A stretch of 48,052 bases of DNA from an uncultured archaeon (GCA_964342815.1 CAYFHS010000031.1:1-48052); one strand, 5' to 3'. Positions 28,747-38,816 are shown, numbered from the stretch's first letter. The notes: a model not told the origin generated them from the sequence alone. A program made the numbers and translations.

Positions 28747-29013
28747 ATTAATTACCTCCAGCAATACTGGCATTATGTCTTCTCCGTAACGAGCTTATAA
28801 TTTAAACCTTTTTAGATATAATTTGACGATAGAACAGTTTTCTCACCCAACCGATTTGATTTCCGAACAAACTGTTCTCAAGCGATCCCCTTCGATTTTA
28901 TCTCGTAATTCCGGTATGGATTTCCAAAGCTACCCCAAAATAGGGAAAAGGTTAAATCATTACAGCCATATCATTAATCGAAATAAATTCATTTCAATGG
29001 GTAGGGTGATACA

Positions 29014-29445
29014 ATGGCTGATGAGAATAGTACTGATGAAGAGGTACAGATCACATTCCCGTTTCTTCTATATATAAAAATAGAGAACAGCTCCCTTAAA
29101 GAGATGATGGAGCTCTGTGACGGCTTCGATGTCTACGAAATGATACCTGACGAGAAAAAAACAGACAATACACCAAGTATCAATAATCCCTGGCAAAAGA
29201 TGATTGTGGACGTCATCGAGGTCGCGAAAGATGAGATCGTAATAAAGATTACGCTGAGGGAGTCACTTACATACAGTGAGATATATGATCAGTTAATGGA
29301 ACTGCTGGAATTCGTAAAAAAGAGAACGAAACGAGAAATATTCATGCATATCAGCCGGATATTATGGGAAAAACCGACATTCGGCGTTCCATCCGAGATC
29401 AAGAAAAGGGAAGTGGAAGAGTATAACCAGTTCCGTATAGAATGA
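29014..29445 (+). CDS. Hypothetical acidic protein
   Basis: 143-aa ORF with a GGGTGA RBS-like sequence upstream; co-oriented with and about 16 nt before the DtxR-like gene. Confidence 0.65.
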   Translation: MADENSTDEEVQITFPFLLYIKIENSSLKEMMELCDGFDVYEMIPDEKKTDNTPSINNPWQKMIVDVIEVAKDEIVIKITLRESLTYSEIYDQLMELLEFVKKRTKREIFMHISRILWEKPTFGVPSEIKKREVEEYNQFRIE

Positions 29446-29461
29446 TTAAAATGGAGTGGAA

Positions 29462-29875
29462 ATGGTAAGCTCTAAGACCGAGGATTATCTCGAAGCTATC
29501 CTCGAGCTGAGCGAGTATTCAAGACAGGTTTCAAGCAAATCGGTGGCGGATCGTCTGGGGATAACCCAGGCTTCGGTGGTCTCGATGTTTTTGAGATTGG
29601 ACCGTGAAAATCTCCTGAATTACACGAAGTATGTTGGGGTCGTCCTTACGAGAAAGGGAAAGAACATTGCCTACGCAGGTAGACTCCGCAGGGATGTATT
29701 CTCCCGTTTTTTCAGTGTTCTGGGACTCGATGAAAAAACCGTTGAAAAATGTGCGAGATGTGTGAACTGCGAGATACCGCCGCAGGCCATGATGCAGGTG
29801 GATGAATTCATGGAGTTCTTTGAAAAAAGCGATTGTATGGAAAGGTGGAAAGCGGTAATTATGAATGATGAATGA
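29462..29875 (+). CDS. DtxR/MntR-family transcriptional regulator with atypical Cys-rich metal site
   Basis: EDYLEAI start, wHTH (VADRLGITQASVVSMFLRL), LTRKG and a dimerization helix; no FeoA domain. Confidence 0.85.
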   Translation: MVSSKTEDYLEAILELSEYSRQVSSKSVADRLGITQASVVSMFLRLDRENLLNYTKYVGVVLTRKGKNIAYAGRLRRDVFSRFFSVLGLDEKTVEKCARCVNCEIPPQAMMQVDEFMEFFEKSDCMERWKAVIMNDE

Positions 29876-29972
29876 ACGAAGCTATTCCGATGTTTAATAA
29901 CGGATTTCGATAAGCGGAGATGGTTCGAAGACAAAATGGGTCCAATATTTGGGTACACATTGCCAAATTCAT

Positions 29973-31901
29973 TTATTTTGGAGTATAAACCTCGCTGGAT
30001 ATGAATACCTCATAATCGTTTGTGGAATCGGTATATGCAATGGGTGACGTTGGATTTTCCAGGTTCCCACAGCTGACCAGCGTGATCTCGATGATCCAGT
30101 CCCCAGTACCGTTCAATGATTTGCTCGAGTCATGATCAAACTCCATTGTGATCGATATCCTACCTTCTTGACTATGTGGGTTTTCACCCGTTTCGGTCAA
30201 GGTCGGGTTATCCGGAGCAGTAACGTCAAGCTGGAATTGATCCGGTTGATTTTCCCAGGTCCTGAAAAGGCGGGTAAAGTCATCCTCATCCGTCCAGACC
30301 AGCTCGAATGTAACAGATTGTAACAATTGTCCTTCTTCCAATTCGTAAGGATTCATGTGCATAATTACTGTTTGTCCTTCCCCTGAAGTCCCTGAAAAAT
30401 CATCATTGAAGCTCGGGATAACTTCGTAGTCGTTGAGGCTGAAAACGTGTTGCTTCTCCCCTTCTCCCTCCCTGTAATAGGTATTTTGTCCACCGAAATA
30501 GCCCATTGTGAGAAAACCCGGTATAAGTAATAATATAACAACGATGGACAGGTTGGACGACATGAATTTTTTTCGGAAGGTCTTTTGATCAGTTAGGGCA
30601 ACCTTTGGTGCGCCTCTGGTCCCGTATACCCGGTTATAGATTAGTAATAGAGCCACAGTGAGAACACCAATGGAGACCATGATAGCCCAGAACAACTTGG
30701 GACGCTCCCCCACTGCTGCAACATTCTCATATATCACCCCGTGAGCAAATATCGAACCTGTAATGACGCCCACTGCCGAAGGAAGAAAACTTGCGCCCAT
30801 GTATATGGCGAGCTTGTCCCTAGTAGCTATCTTCGAGATATACGATGAATAATTGGGATGGGCAATGAACTCACCGCAAGAAAATAAAACGATACCAAAT
30901 ATAAAGAATATCGAGATAGTAGTATAACCCATGAAGAAAAGCCCGAATATGAACAAAAGTATACCGGTTATCATTAACTCCAATGATTCGAATTTATTCG
31001 CGATACCGGCAAGTAGAGGGCCCACAATTATGATGGTTCCCGGGTTGATGCAGGATAGAAAAAGGACGGAGAACCATGCGGGCATGATCCTGAAATCGAC
31101 CATATAAAGGGGGAGAGATACATGCATCAGACCGAACATGATGAAGAAACCCGAGTATATCAACAGGAGAATCACAAAACTTTTATCTTTTAGGACGATG
31201 CCGATATTGCGGATCGAACGAAATACGTCTGCGTCCTTGTTGGGAGGGTCCGGGTTCCGGTATTGAAGTTTATTTATCATGTAATTGATACCGATAAATA
31301 CCGCAGCGACGAAGAATATGATATAATAGAATACTTTTGCATCCGGAACATATAAACCTATTATTAGATAGGTTATGGCAAACATTAGCGGAAAGATAAA
31401 GGCACCCAAATTGACGAACCAGTAAAATGTCATGAAAGCCAGGTTCCTTTTCTCTTCCGTGCTGGTCTTCCCTATAGTGGCACTCACAATTGGTTTGAAG
31501 GTTCCTGCTCCTATGCCAAGTATGACGTAAATTACAAAGAAGATCCCAAAAACACTCCAGCTCCCAAGGGACCAGTAGTACATAATTGGAATGGACATGG
31601 CGCCCAGGAGAAAATACCCCAGCATCATGAAAGAGAAAGCATAACGCAACGCCTTTTTATATCCTGCCCTCTCGGCCAGAGCACCTGAGACAAGGGGTCC
31701 TGCGTATAGTAATGCATAGAGCAGTGCGTTCAGAAGACCTAGCTGGAGATTCGATTGTTTCAGATTATATGCAAGATGGACTGACAGAATCCCATAGGAG
31801 GCGTAATACGCACCTCTCTCAAAGAGTTCCATTAGTATGGTAACCCAGAATAATTTTGAGAATTCAGAATACTTTCGGTGTATGAAATTCCCAAGTCCCA
31901 T
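29973..31901 (-). CDS. POT/PTR-family MFS peptide transporter with fused C-terminal soluble domain
   Basis: ExxERxxYY motif (ELFERGAYY) in TM1, GIGAGTFKP, an MFS core, then an extra TM and about 170 aa of acidic beta-rich domain. Confidence 0.85.
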   Translation of the reverse strand: MGLGNFIHRKYSEFSKLFWVTILMELFERGAYYASYGILSVHLAYNLKQSNLQLGLLNALLYALLYAGPLVSGALAERAGYKKALRYAFSFMMLGYFLLGAMSIPIMYYWSLGSWSVFGIFFVIYVILGIGAGTFKPIVSATIGKTSTEEKRNLAFMTFYWFVNLGAFIFPLMFAITYLIIGLYVPDAKVFYYIIFFVAAVFIGINYMINKLQYRNPDPPNKDADVFRSIRNIGIVLKDKSFVILLLIYSGFFIMFGLMHVSLPLYMVDFRIMPAWFSVLFLSCINPGTIIIVGPLLAGIANKFESLELMITGILLFIFGLFFMGYTTISIFFIFGIVLFSCGEFIAHPNYSSYISKIATRDKLAIYMGASFLPSAVGVITGSIFAHGVIYENVAAVGERPKLFWAIMVSIGVLTVALLLIYNRVYGTRGAPKVALTDQKTFRKKFMSSNLSIVVILLLIPGFLTMGYFGGQNTYYREGEGEKQHVFSLNDYEVIPSFNDDFSGTSGEGQTVIMHMNPYELEEGQLLQSVTFELVWTDEDDFTRLFRTWENQPDQFQLDVTAPDNPTLTETGENPHSQEGRISITMEFDHDSSKSLNGTGDWIIEITLVSCGNLENPTSPIAYTDSTNDYEVFISSEVYTPK

Positions 31902-32043
31902 TACCGAGCTGATGGTAATTAATGTTATAAATGTTTAGGTATTATTAACTGTTACTCCTTGTGCTTTCTGCTGAAATGTAGAAGAAAATATCGGTCTTAA
32001 ACCTGAAATCTGTAAATGAAAAAAGTTCTTGATAAAATGATCT

Positions 32044-32580
32044 CTAGATCTCTCCCGCTACACCGCAGTGAGGGCATTTTATTGCTAAAGGTCTTTTACC
32101 CGTATCCTTAATTGTGAAATCCCTTGCACACTCAGGGCATTCAAGCTCGAGCTTCTTTACTTTTTTCCCGGATATCTTCGCCTCGGCTTCCAATGTGCGT
32201 TTATCCTTCTCAAGCTCCAGCGGAAAGGCTTTCCTCGTCTTTGAGAGTTTGAGTAAACCGATTATTGAAAAAATGGAGGCCACAGGAGGCGCTGTGAAGC
32301 CAGCGAAAATGCTAATTATCAGTAAGATACGAATAACTCCATAGCCGCTTCTCAAAAAAAGCAGGATAATGGCCAATATGAGAAATGATTGAGATAGATA
32401 CCAAAGTATAATTATCATCATGCCTCCGAAAAATTCAGAGCCGCCCAAGGCGTCTTCGTAAAATATCCATACAAGAAACGTGATTAAAGCGAGAGACAAT
32501 ATTAAGCCCACTACCATCAGAACACCGAGGCTCGATGCCTTCTGGATATCTTCTTCTGCCGGTTCGATATAATCTGCCAT
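32044..32580 (-). CDS. Membrane protein with C-terminal zinc ribbon
   Basis: 3-4 hydrophobic segments followed by CPEC...CPHC; last gene of the pilus-like operon. Confidence 0.7.
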   Translation of the reverse strand: MADYIEPAEEDIQKASSLGVLMVVGLILSLALITFLVWIFYEDALGGSEFFGGMMIIILWYLSQSFLILAIILLFLRSGYGVIRILLIISIFAGFTAPPVASIFSIIGLLKLSKTRKAFPLELEKDKRTLEAEAKISGKKVKKLELECPECARDFTIKDTGKRPLAIKCPHCGVAGEI

Positions 32581-32607
32581 GAAATCTCCTCTGGATCTTT
32601 AGTTATT

Positions 32608-33159
32608 TTATTGCAGCGGATCCCCCGCAAGCACTGCCACTGAAGTCGTCTTTTGCTGGTCGCCAAAAGCGGAATCGTATTCCGCTGTTATCTTGATCTT
32701 ACCGTTCCATTCGTTGGGGCCCAGATGACAATTGGCCAGGCTTAACTCCGCCTTTCCCGCACTATCGGTAGTTGCCGCATGATTGACCCCGGCACCGGTG
32801 ATGGTGACCAGTACGTTGGCCATCTCCTTGTTATCGTCATTTTTACAGATTATAGTAAGATGGGTCGAATAGTATTCAACTGGTTCTTCATATCCGCGTG
32901 GGGAACCCTGATACCAATGTTCCCCATCTTTATATGTGGTGTTTTCACAATAAATCGTTCGATCATGCTCAACGCCATCGATCATGATCTTTTCAACATG
33001 AATACTGTCCAGATCCGGATTGGATACGACTACATATCCCAGGATTGCGACCAGACAAGCTGCTGCAACCACTACCATGATGAAGATCCTAAGTGGAAGA
33101 CCAGTAAGACCATAGTTATCTCCCCTTAATCTCGCATTGAATCGTGCTCTCCTGCTCAT
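32608..33159 (-). CDS. Archaeal type IV pilin-like protein (class III signal peptide, Ig-like C-domain)
   Basis: Basic leader MSRRARFNARLRGDNYG, then G/LTGLPLRIFIMVVVAAACLVAILGYV hydrophobic helix. It lies downstream of the TadC-like and ATPase genes. Confidence 0.7.
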   Translation of the reverse strand: MSRRARFNARLRGDNYGLTGLPLRIFIMVVVAAACLVAILGYVVVSNPDLDSIHVEKIMIDGVEHDRTIYCENTTYKDGEHWYQGSPRGYEEPVEYYSTHLTIICKNDDNKEMANVLVTITGAGVNHAATTDSAGKAELSLANCHLGPNEWNGKIKITAEYDSAFGDQQKTTSVAVLAGDPLQ

Positions 33160-33313
33160 TCTAAAAACCTCTTTGCCAAATATATTTAATTTATACTGCT
33201 AATTTACAACTTGGACATATGAATTAAAGACATGTTATTTTAATATTGTTATTCAATGTATTCAATTTACCCATGGGTTTCATTAGCACATTTTCCCAAC
33301 CATATCATATCTA

Positions 33314-35383
33314 TCACAAATGGCTGAAAACAATGGCCAATCCAGAGGCGGGTGTGAAACTCGTCACGAAGGACGCCCCTATGATATATGTCACTCCCAT
33401 GGACAGCGAGTAACATGTGAGACCGATTAACAGGAAAACAGCCAGGTTGTTCTTCAGTTCTATCATATCGATTCCAAACTCGATACGGGATACAAAGTAA
33501 CCCACCACGAGCATAAGTTGAATAAGGTAAATTCCAATGGAAACTGAAAGTACAGCTGGTGAGATGGTATCTTGTCCGAACCCGAACAGTTCCACATCCA
33601 TCTCATTCGGAATAGCATAGGTCTGAAGATTGACCGCCAGAATCTGATAAAGTATAACGGTGACACCCATTACCAGAGGTGCAATGAATATGGCGGTCTG
33701 GGTCATCATTCCTGTCACTTCCTCCAGTCTTTCACGGAGCTCTTTTTCGACCTTCTTCAACTCAGATAGGTAATTGGAAATTAGCATTATCGTCTTACCC
33801 GCAGTCTTCGGGTCCTTTGAAGATGCCTCTACAACTGTATGCATGGTATTCTTGACGGTCCTGGCGGGTGATCTGGTAAGAAGACCACTTGGACCATAGA
33901 GAACATTCTTCAACGATGAGCGGGTGACCTGGAGGTTATAAGAAATCTTCCCGAACAGCTTCGAGATCAGTGTGTTCTTCATTGTGCGGGAGGTCTTCTC
34001 CAGAGCCGTCTCCATGGGTTTACCCTCTGCGATCCGATTTCCCAACTGGAAAAGGGCTTCGGGATACTCATCTTCCATTCTCCGGACCGCTCTTGCCTTT
34101 ACCTTTGCTTCCCTGTTACTGAAGAAGGTGTATATGGAGATTGGGAGACCCACTGCCCACACGAAGAGAAGAGATGCAAAAATGCTCTTATCCACGAGAA
34201 TTATTCCCAATGTGATGAGACTGCCGCTAACAAGAAGGCATATAAAGATAATGAAACCTCGTTTAACAGGAGTTACCGTCCGCCCGATATCCGGGGGAGT
34301 GGTCAGCTCGGGACGGTTTCCAAGTATGGAATAGGCATACGCCACGATTCCCAATGGCAGGACCAAATTGATAACTACAATTGTAAGCCAAGTCCACTCA
34401 TTACCTATACCCAGTATCGGCAGCAGGATGGCCAATAATAGAGGAAGCATGATTCCCACGGCAAAGAGTATCATTGTTGGGATCCTCAAGGAATTGGAGA
34501 ACTCCTCCAGTTTCCCTTTCGTCCCGTCGATTATTATCTGATTCGCCTTGTCGAGCACACGGTTGATACCCTCGGTATTCCTTTCAAGAGCTGCACTCCG
34601 AACCATATACAGAGAACGCTTGAAATCCTCATCCCAATCGCTCCAATCATAGGCAAAGGCGATGAAAGCCTCTTCCACCGATGAATATTCTCGCATGTAT
34701 ACATCCCATAATACCTTTCGAAGATCGGACGACAAGGGTTCCTCGAGGCTTGAGGCAGCGTATTTTACCGCTCTGTCCAGCGAAGGGGTCAGCCGCATGG
34801 ATAGAGAGAGATAATGTATCGCCTCAGGCATCCGACCCACTGTCAGGGCCCTCATTCGTCTGGCTCTCATATGCGGGTACCTGTCTATGTAAAAAGACAG
34901 TATTCCAGGTATAAGGAAGGTTGCTAAGGCACATGTTACGATATAGAAAAGATCAAAATCCGTAATCAATATCACACCAATCGAGAGAACCATGAATATT
35001 ATAAGCAGGACCATCAAAACAGTATTCGAGAAACTTCTGACCTCGTAAGGTTCCAATTCCAACCGAGCAAGTGATAGTATTTTTTTGAATTTCGCTTCAC
35101 GAAAACTCTCTTCTTCCCGCTCAAATAGTTTCTCTGCATTGAGAAATCTTCTTTCTTCATTTTTGTATGAATGGCTGTTTGCCGAATGTTTCTTTTGTGC
35201 GTCCTCGAACCTTTGTTTTGCCCTTATGAACAATTCCTTTTGCCTGCCGTGGCGCCTCTTTCTCTCTTTCTCATCGGCACCTGCCTTTATCTCGAGGTCC
35301 GGATACAATATTGAATTAACAAGTTTACATAAACGTGTGAACCTTGAAGCTGGATAATCTAGGTCCTTTTCGAAATCAGGCAT
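33314..35383 (-). CDS. Type II secretion/type IV pilus inner-membrane platform protein (TadB/TadC, GspF-like, tandem domains)
   Basis: Two F-like domains (MPEAIHYLSLSMRLTPSLDRA; YPEALFQLGNRIAEGKPMETAL), each followed by TM clusters; 8-nt overlap with the ATPase gene. Confidence 0.85.
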   Translation of the reverse strand: MPDFEKDLDYPASRFTRLCKLVNSILYPDLEIKAGADEKERKRRHGRQKELFIRAKQRFEDAQKKHSANSHSYKNEERRFLNAEKLFEREEESFREAKFKKILSLARLELEPYEVRSFSNTVLMVLLIIFMVLSIGVILITDFDLFYIVTCALATFLIPGILSFYIDRYPHMRARRMRALTVGRMPEAIHYLSLSMRLTPSLDRAVKYAASSLEEPLSSDLRKVLWDVYMREYSSVEEAFIAFAYDWSDWDEDFKRSLYMVRSAALERNTEGINRVLDKANQIIIDGTKGKLEEFSNSLRIPTMILFAVGIMLPLLLAILLPILGIGNEWTWLTIVVINLVLPLGIVAYAYSILGNRPELTTPPDIGRTVTPVKRGFIIFICLLVSGSLITLGIILVDKSIFASLLFVWAVGLPISIYTFFSNREAKVKARAVRRMEDEYPEALFQLGNRIAEGKPMETALEKTSRTMKNTLISKLFGKISYNLQVTRSSLKNVLYGPSGLLTRSPARTVKNTMHTVVEASSKDPKTAGKTIMLISNYLSELKKVEKELRERLEEVTGMMTQTAIFIAPLVMGVTVILYQILAVNLQTYAIPNEMDVELFGFGQDTISPAVLSVSIGIYLIQLMLVVGYFVSRIEFGIDMIELKNNLAVFLLIGLTCYSLSMGVTYIIGASFVTSFTPASGLAIVFSHL

Positions 35384-37526
35384 ATGGAATACTCCTTAAG
35401 AACCAGTTTGTAAATTCCTTTATCAATTCTTTGTAATTTATGGTTCCAGACGTTTGATACTGGCGATCCAGCAACTCCCAGAACCTGGAATTTATCTTCT
35501 GGACCCATGCTGCCGAAAGCAATTCCCTGTTCTTTCCCTTTCTCGCATAATCCACTACTATCTTGCGGATGGCGGCTCTTGCGATGATGTTCTGCACCGC
35601 TTCCTCCATGCTCATTCCCCACGAAGCTGCAATTCGACCGATCACCTGGGAGCTGTAATGGAAAACGTCCGTTTCCTCCAGTTTGTCCTTCTTCTCGTCG
35701 AATTCCAGCAAATTATGAAAGGTTCCCTCGGTGGAAGCTTTATCCAGCTCTGCTATTTGCGTGGTGCGTCGTTTCATCTTGTGAGTACCTTTCGGCCTTA
35801 TGAAATTCGTTATTATTACAACATCCGTTGCGTTGAAGGACTTTGCCGGGATGCTCATATCATAGACTATCCTCTCGTAAACTGCTTCTGCAGAGTTCGA
35901 ATGGAAGGTTCCCAGTACGGCACTTCCCGCGGTACCGGCCCTCATGGCCTCGTAGAGGGTCTTGGCCTCTTCCCCTCTGACCTCACCGATCACGAGAGCG
36001 CTTTCACCCAGACGCAGCGCTATCTTCAATGCGTCGTTCGCACTCATCTCACCGAAACCCCCGAGAGATGATTGTATCTGCATTGGCTGTATCTTGTAAT
36101 CAAGTTCCTGAAGTTTCTCCACCGGCAGCTCCAGCGTATCTTCAATGGTTAGGATTCTCTGGCTTCGGGGAAACTCCAGAAGGCAAGCTCCCAGAAGAGA
36201 AGTCTTTCCCGCACCCCTGGACCCAGCAATGAGTATTGTGGCTTTCCCGTCTATGAGAAAAGAGATCAGACCTGCAGCCAAGGGAGTAAGAGAGCCAAGA
36301 TTGATGAGTCTCAGCAGGGTCCATGGTTCCGTGGAATGACGCCGGAGGGCAAATGCGGTCCCCGTGGGACTCAAGGGTCTACCAATGACCGAAACCCGAG
36401 TATTATGGGCACCTATACTGCACTCCAGCAGCGGCGTGGCTTCTGAGAAAGGTCTACCGCTTTCATACCGGAATCTGGACAAAAGGCTTTCGGCATCGGT
36501 TCTCGACAGTATAACGTTGCTTATGCACTTCCCCGACAACCTTGTGTCGATACCCCCCTCAAGGACCACATATATCTTATTATCCGAGGTTGGAGAATCA
36601 ATATATATATCCTGGATGTAATGATCTGCCAGCATGGTTTCGATAATACCCATACCGGCGGTAAACTTGGCAAGGATATTCGACAGCTTCCCAAGGTTCT
36701 TTAATTCATCATGCCTTGTATTGCCCAACGGGATACGGAATTTTTTCGCAAGCCTGTACATGTATTTCTGTCCAAACTTGATGACATATTCCCGAGCCCG
36801 GTCAGGTCGCGAAAGTTCCATTGAGTGGGGGTAGTGGGTCGTAAGCTCACGCCGTGTAAGCTCTACGAGTCTCATATGAGCCTCGGGTATGGCGTATTCG
36901 GCTGGAAAAACGTGATAAAGAGCCTCCACACCTTCCGGGAGCAGATACAGTGAGATGGTGGAATCCTCAACCATGTACTGCTTTATCAACCTGGCGTTCG
37001 GCGGTGCGTCGGGTATGACCCAGGATGATGAGAAACCAGGCCGCATCCTTGAGTTCTTCATGAGAATTTGGGAAAAACCTGCGCGAACCCTACCGGGACT
37101 CATTTCCCTTTCAAGATTATTCATCTTTACCTTGAGATTGGATATGGTGGGTGGTAATTTGTATTCCCGATCATAATTGGCACCCTCAGGAGGGGCGATG
37201 TCCGAAAGAGTGGTTTCCATACGGTCCGTAAGAGTGCCCTGATGCTGAGTAGGTTGGGCTCCTAGAGATCGTTTTGGATAATTGTTGGCAGAACTGGGGG
37301 CCGGGCTGCCCGGATATTTATGGACAGAGGGAAATGCCCGATCCACATGCCCGTGGCTATGGCGATTCACACCAAGCTTTCCCATAACTTTTTTGGAGGC
37401 AGGTTGCATATTGGATGTATCAGAGGGCGCTTTTGTGAATACTATCTTTGTTTCAGAGGTATATTTTCGCCCATGACCCTTTTTCGGCCGGATCACGTTT
37501 TCCTTGTCGTACTTCGCCATCTCCAC
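35376..37526 (-). CDS. Type II/IV secretion system ATPase (VirB11/TadA/CpaF family)
   Basis: Walker A GSRGAGKT, Asp box TIEDTLEL, Walker B VIGEVRG and His box GTFHSNS. The start may be ATG 37520. Confidence 0.92.
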   Translation of the reverse strand: MEMAKYDKENVIRPKKGHGRKYTSETKIVFTKAPSDTSNMQPASKKVMGKLGVNRHSHGHVDRAFPSVHKYPGSPAPSSANNYPKRSLGAQPTQHQGTLTDRMETTLSDIAPPEGANYDREYKLPPTISNLKVKMNNLEREMSPGRVRAGFSQILMKNSRMRPGFSSSWVIPDAPPNARLIKQYMVEDSTISLYLLPEGVEALYHVFPAEYAIPEAHMRLVELTRRELTTHYPHSMELSRPDRAREYVIKFGQKYMYRLAKKFRIPLGNTRHDELKNLGKLSNILAKFTAGMGIIETMLADHYIQDIYIDSPTSDNKIYVVLEGGIDTRLSGKCISNVILSRTDAESLLSRFRYESGRPFSEATPLLECSIGAHNTRVSVIGRPLSPTGTAFALRRHSTEPWTLLRLINLGSLTPLAAGLISFLIDGKATILIAGSRGAGKTSLLGACLLEFPRSQRILTIEDTLELPVEKLQELDYKIQPMQIQSSLGGFGEMSANDALKIALRLGESALVIGEVRGEEAKTLYEAMRAGTAGSAVLGTFHSNSAEAVYERIVYDMSIPAKSFNATDVVIITNFIRPKGTHKMKRRTTQIAELDKASTEGTFHNLLEFDEKKDKLEETDVFHYSSQVIGRIAASWGMSMEEAVQNIIARAAIRKIVVDYARKGKNRELLSAAWVQKINSRFWELLDRQYQTSGTINYKELIKEFTNWFLRSIPYA

Positions 37527-37544
37527 TCCTCTATCAAATCAACA

Positions 37545-38372
37545 TCACGATCTCTTTCCACAATTCGTACATGTTTGCTGGCCGTTCTGTAGTGGAAATC
37601 CACAGGCCCGGCACTGCGCGGCCCCCTTTCCTCTCTGAAAACCTGATGCAGGTTGCTGGAATCCCATCAGAGTTGAAAGGTACTGGTCCAATACCTGTGG
37701 GGCGAATCCTCCTGGGTATTGTGACCTGTTGCCCTGAAGTGCCACGTTGAATGCATTGCTTGCAACGAAACCCGCAAGCTTTTCGTACTCGTCGAATATG
37801 TAATTGAGGTCCTCTGCTGTGGCATTGAGGCAATTTCCGCAATATTTGGTCTTCTTTTTAAATCCGGGAATCTTATTGGCTATGTTTCTCAGCAGTTCAT
37901 GGAATCGAACCACATCTCTCATTACCAGATGATGCATTTTAGGGTAAAGTTTGCCTGGATTGAGCACGCACTTGCTGCATGCTATCCTACGTCGTTCCTT
38001 TTCGCCCTTGGGGCCGAAATATTCCTTTACCGGATCGCGCAGAGACAGGTTCTCAATCTCGTTTGCTAGAACCGTGATCTTCCCAAGTAGAGTTATCGAG
38101 GTCCCGTAATACTGTTTTTCAATGTAATGGGATACAGTTATCTTCTTGGTATTATATTCCTTTGAAAACGATGATAAAAGGGGGCCGAGGCAATCTCCTT
38201 CCGGGGTGTGAGGACCGGGGCAACCTTTACATTTAAGGGTCATGGTTGCGACGTCCTCATCCGTACCCATTGTATACTCACAGGTAGCGGGTATACGATG
38301 CTTCTTACCTTTCGGGCTTTTCCGTGATGCCTTTGGCTTCGACCTTTTGAGATTTTTTTTCGTCGTACCCAT
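37545..38372 (-). CDS. Cys-rich hypothetical protein heading the pilus-like operon
   Basis: CKGC..C, CSKC, CGNC and a terminal CRAC..CTNC double zinc ribbon. ATG 38372 has an AGGT RBS-like site; the ORF track starts at 38393. Confidence 0.7.
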   Translation of the reverse strand: MGTTKKNLKRSKPKASRKSPKGKKHRIPATCEYTMGTDEDVATMTLKCKGCPGPHTPEGDCLGPLLSSFSKEYNTKKITVSHYIEKQYYGTSITLLGKITVLANEIENLSLRDPVKEYFGPKGEKERRRIACSKCVLNPGKLYPKMHHLVMRDVVRFHELLRNIANKIPGFKKKTKYCGNCLNATAEDLNYIFDEYEKLAGFVASNAFNVALQGNRSQYPGGFAPQVLDQYLSTLMGFQQPASGFQRGKGAAQCRACGFPLQNGQQTCTNCGKRS

Positions 38373-38590
38373 TTTGAGACCTGCCGACACCAATCATAAC
38401 CTGAATATTTAACACTTTTGTTTTCCAAGTTTTGGGATAATATTGTCAATGTTTCGAATATCAACGATACTAACACCTCTTCCGACTTGTTCGTTCTACT
38501 CCAGTCGAATGGAATAATCATTGTCAAGTATATGAATATCGATTCCACTGGAAACACACAAAGATTTTCACCATAGTTAAATGCACCCAA

Positions 38591-38650
38591 AAAGTTATAT
38601 TATAGTTTAATAATAACTTTAAAGTAATTATAATGTAGCTACAATATAGT
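38591..38650 (+). promoter_or_regulatory. Promoter/operator region of the bzd operon with inverted repeats
   Basis: AAAGTTAT-N14-ATAACTTT (38591-38620), and a 24-bp imperfect palindrome at 38627-38650 centred on a perfect TGTAGCTACA, 11 nt before ATG 38662. Confidence 0.55.
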
Positions 38651-38661
38651 TTGTGAACTGC

Positions 38662-38805
38662 ATGGATAACGATACCCCTTCCAAGTTCGAAGTATACGGC
38701 CAGGAAATGATCGAAAAGACGGTCAGGCAGAGCGGCAACAGCGGTCGGATATACCTTCCGCCACACTGGATTGGTAAAAAGGTAAAGATAATCAGAGTCG
38801 ATTGA
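38662..38805 (+). CDS. 47-aa DUF2080-like small protein (AbrB-like beta-hairpin DNA-binding candidate); not in the ORF track
   Basis: Manual translation: MDNDTPSKFEVYGQEMIEKTVRQSGNSGRIYLPPHWIGKKVKIIRVD*. The EKxVxxxGNSGRxYLPxxWxGKxVKIIR pattern is characteristic of DUF2080. Confidence 0.8.
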   Translation: MDNDTPSKFEVYGQEMIEKTVRQSGNSGRIYLPPHWIGKKVKIIRVD

Positions 38806-38816
38806 GTGGTGAGCCA

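Noticed and set aside
33314-37526. Archaellum motor (flaI/flaJ)
   Set aside because: No archaellin, flaH, flaF/G or che genes are adjacent, so a generic Tad/T4P system is better supported.
38662-38805. DUF2080 gene as evidence of a transposon
   Set aside because: No transposase, terminal inverted repeats or target duplication nearby; the gene is embedded as the first cistron of a metabolic operon.
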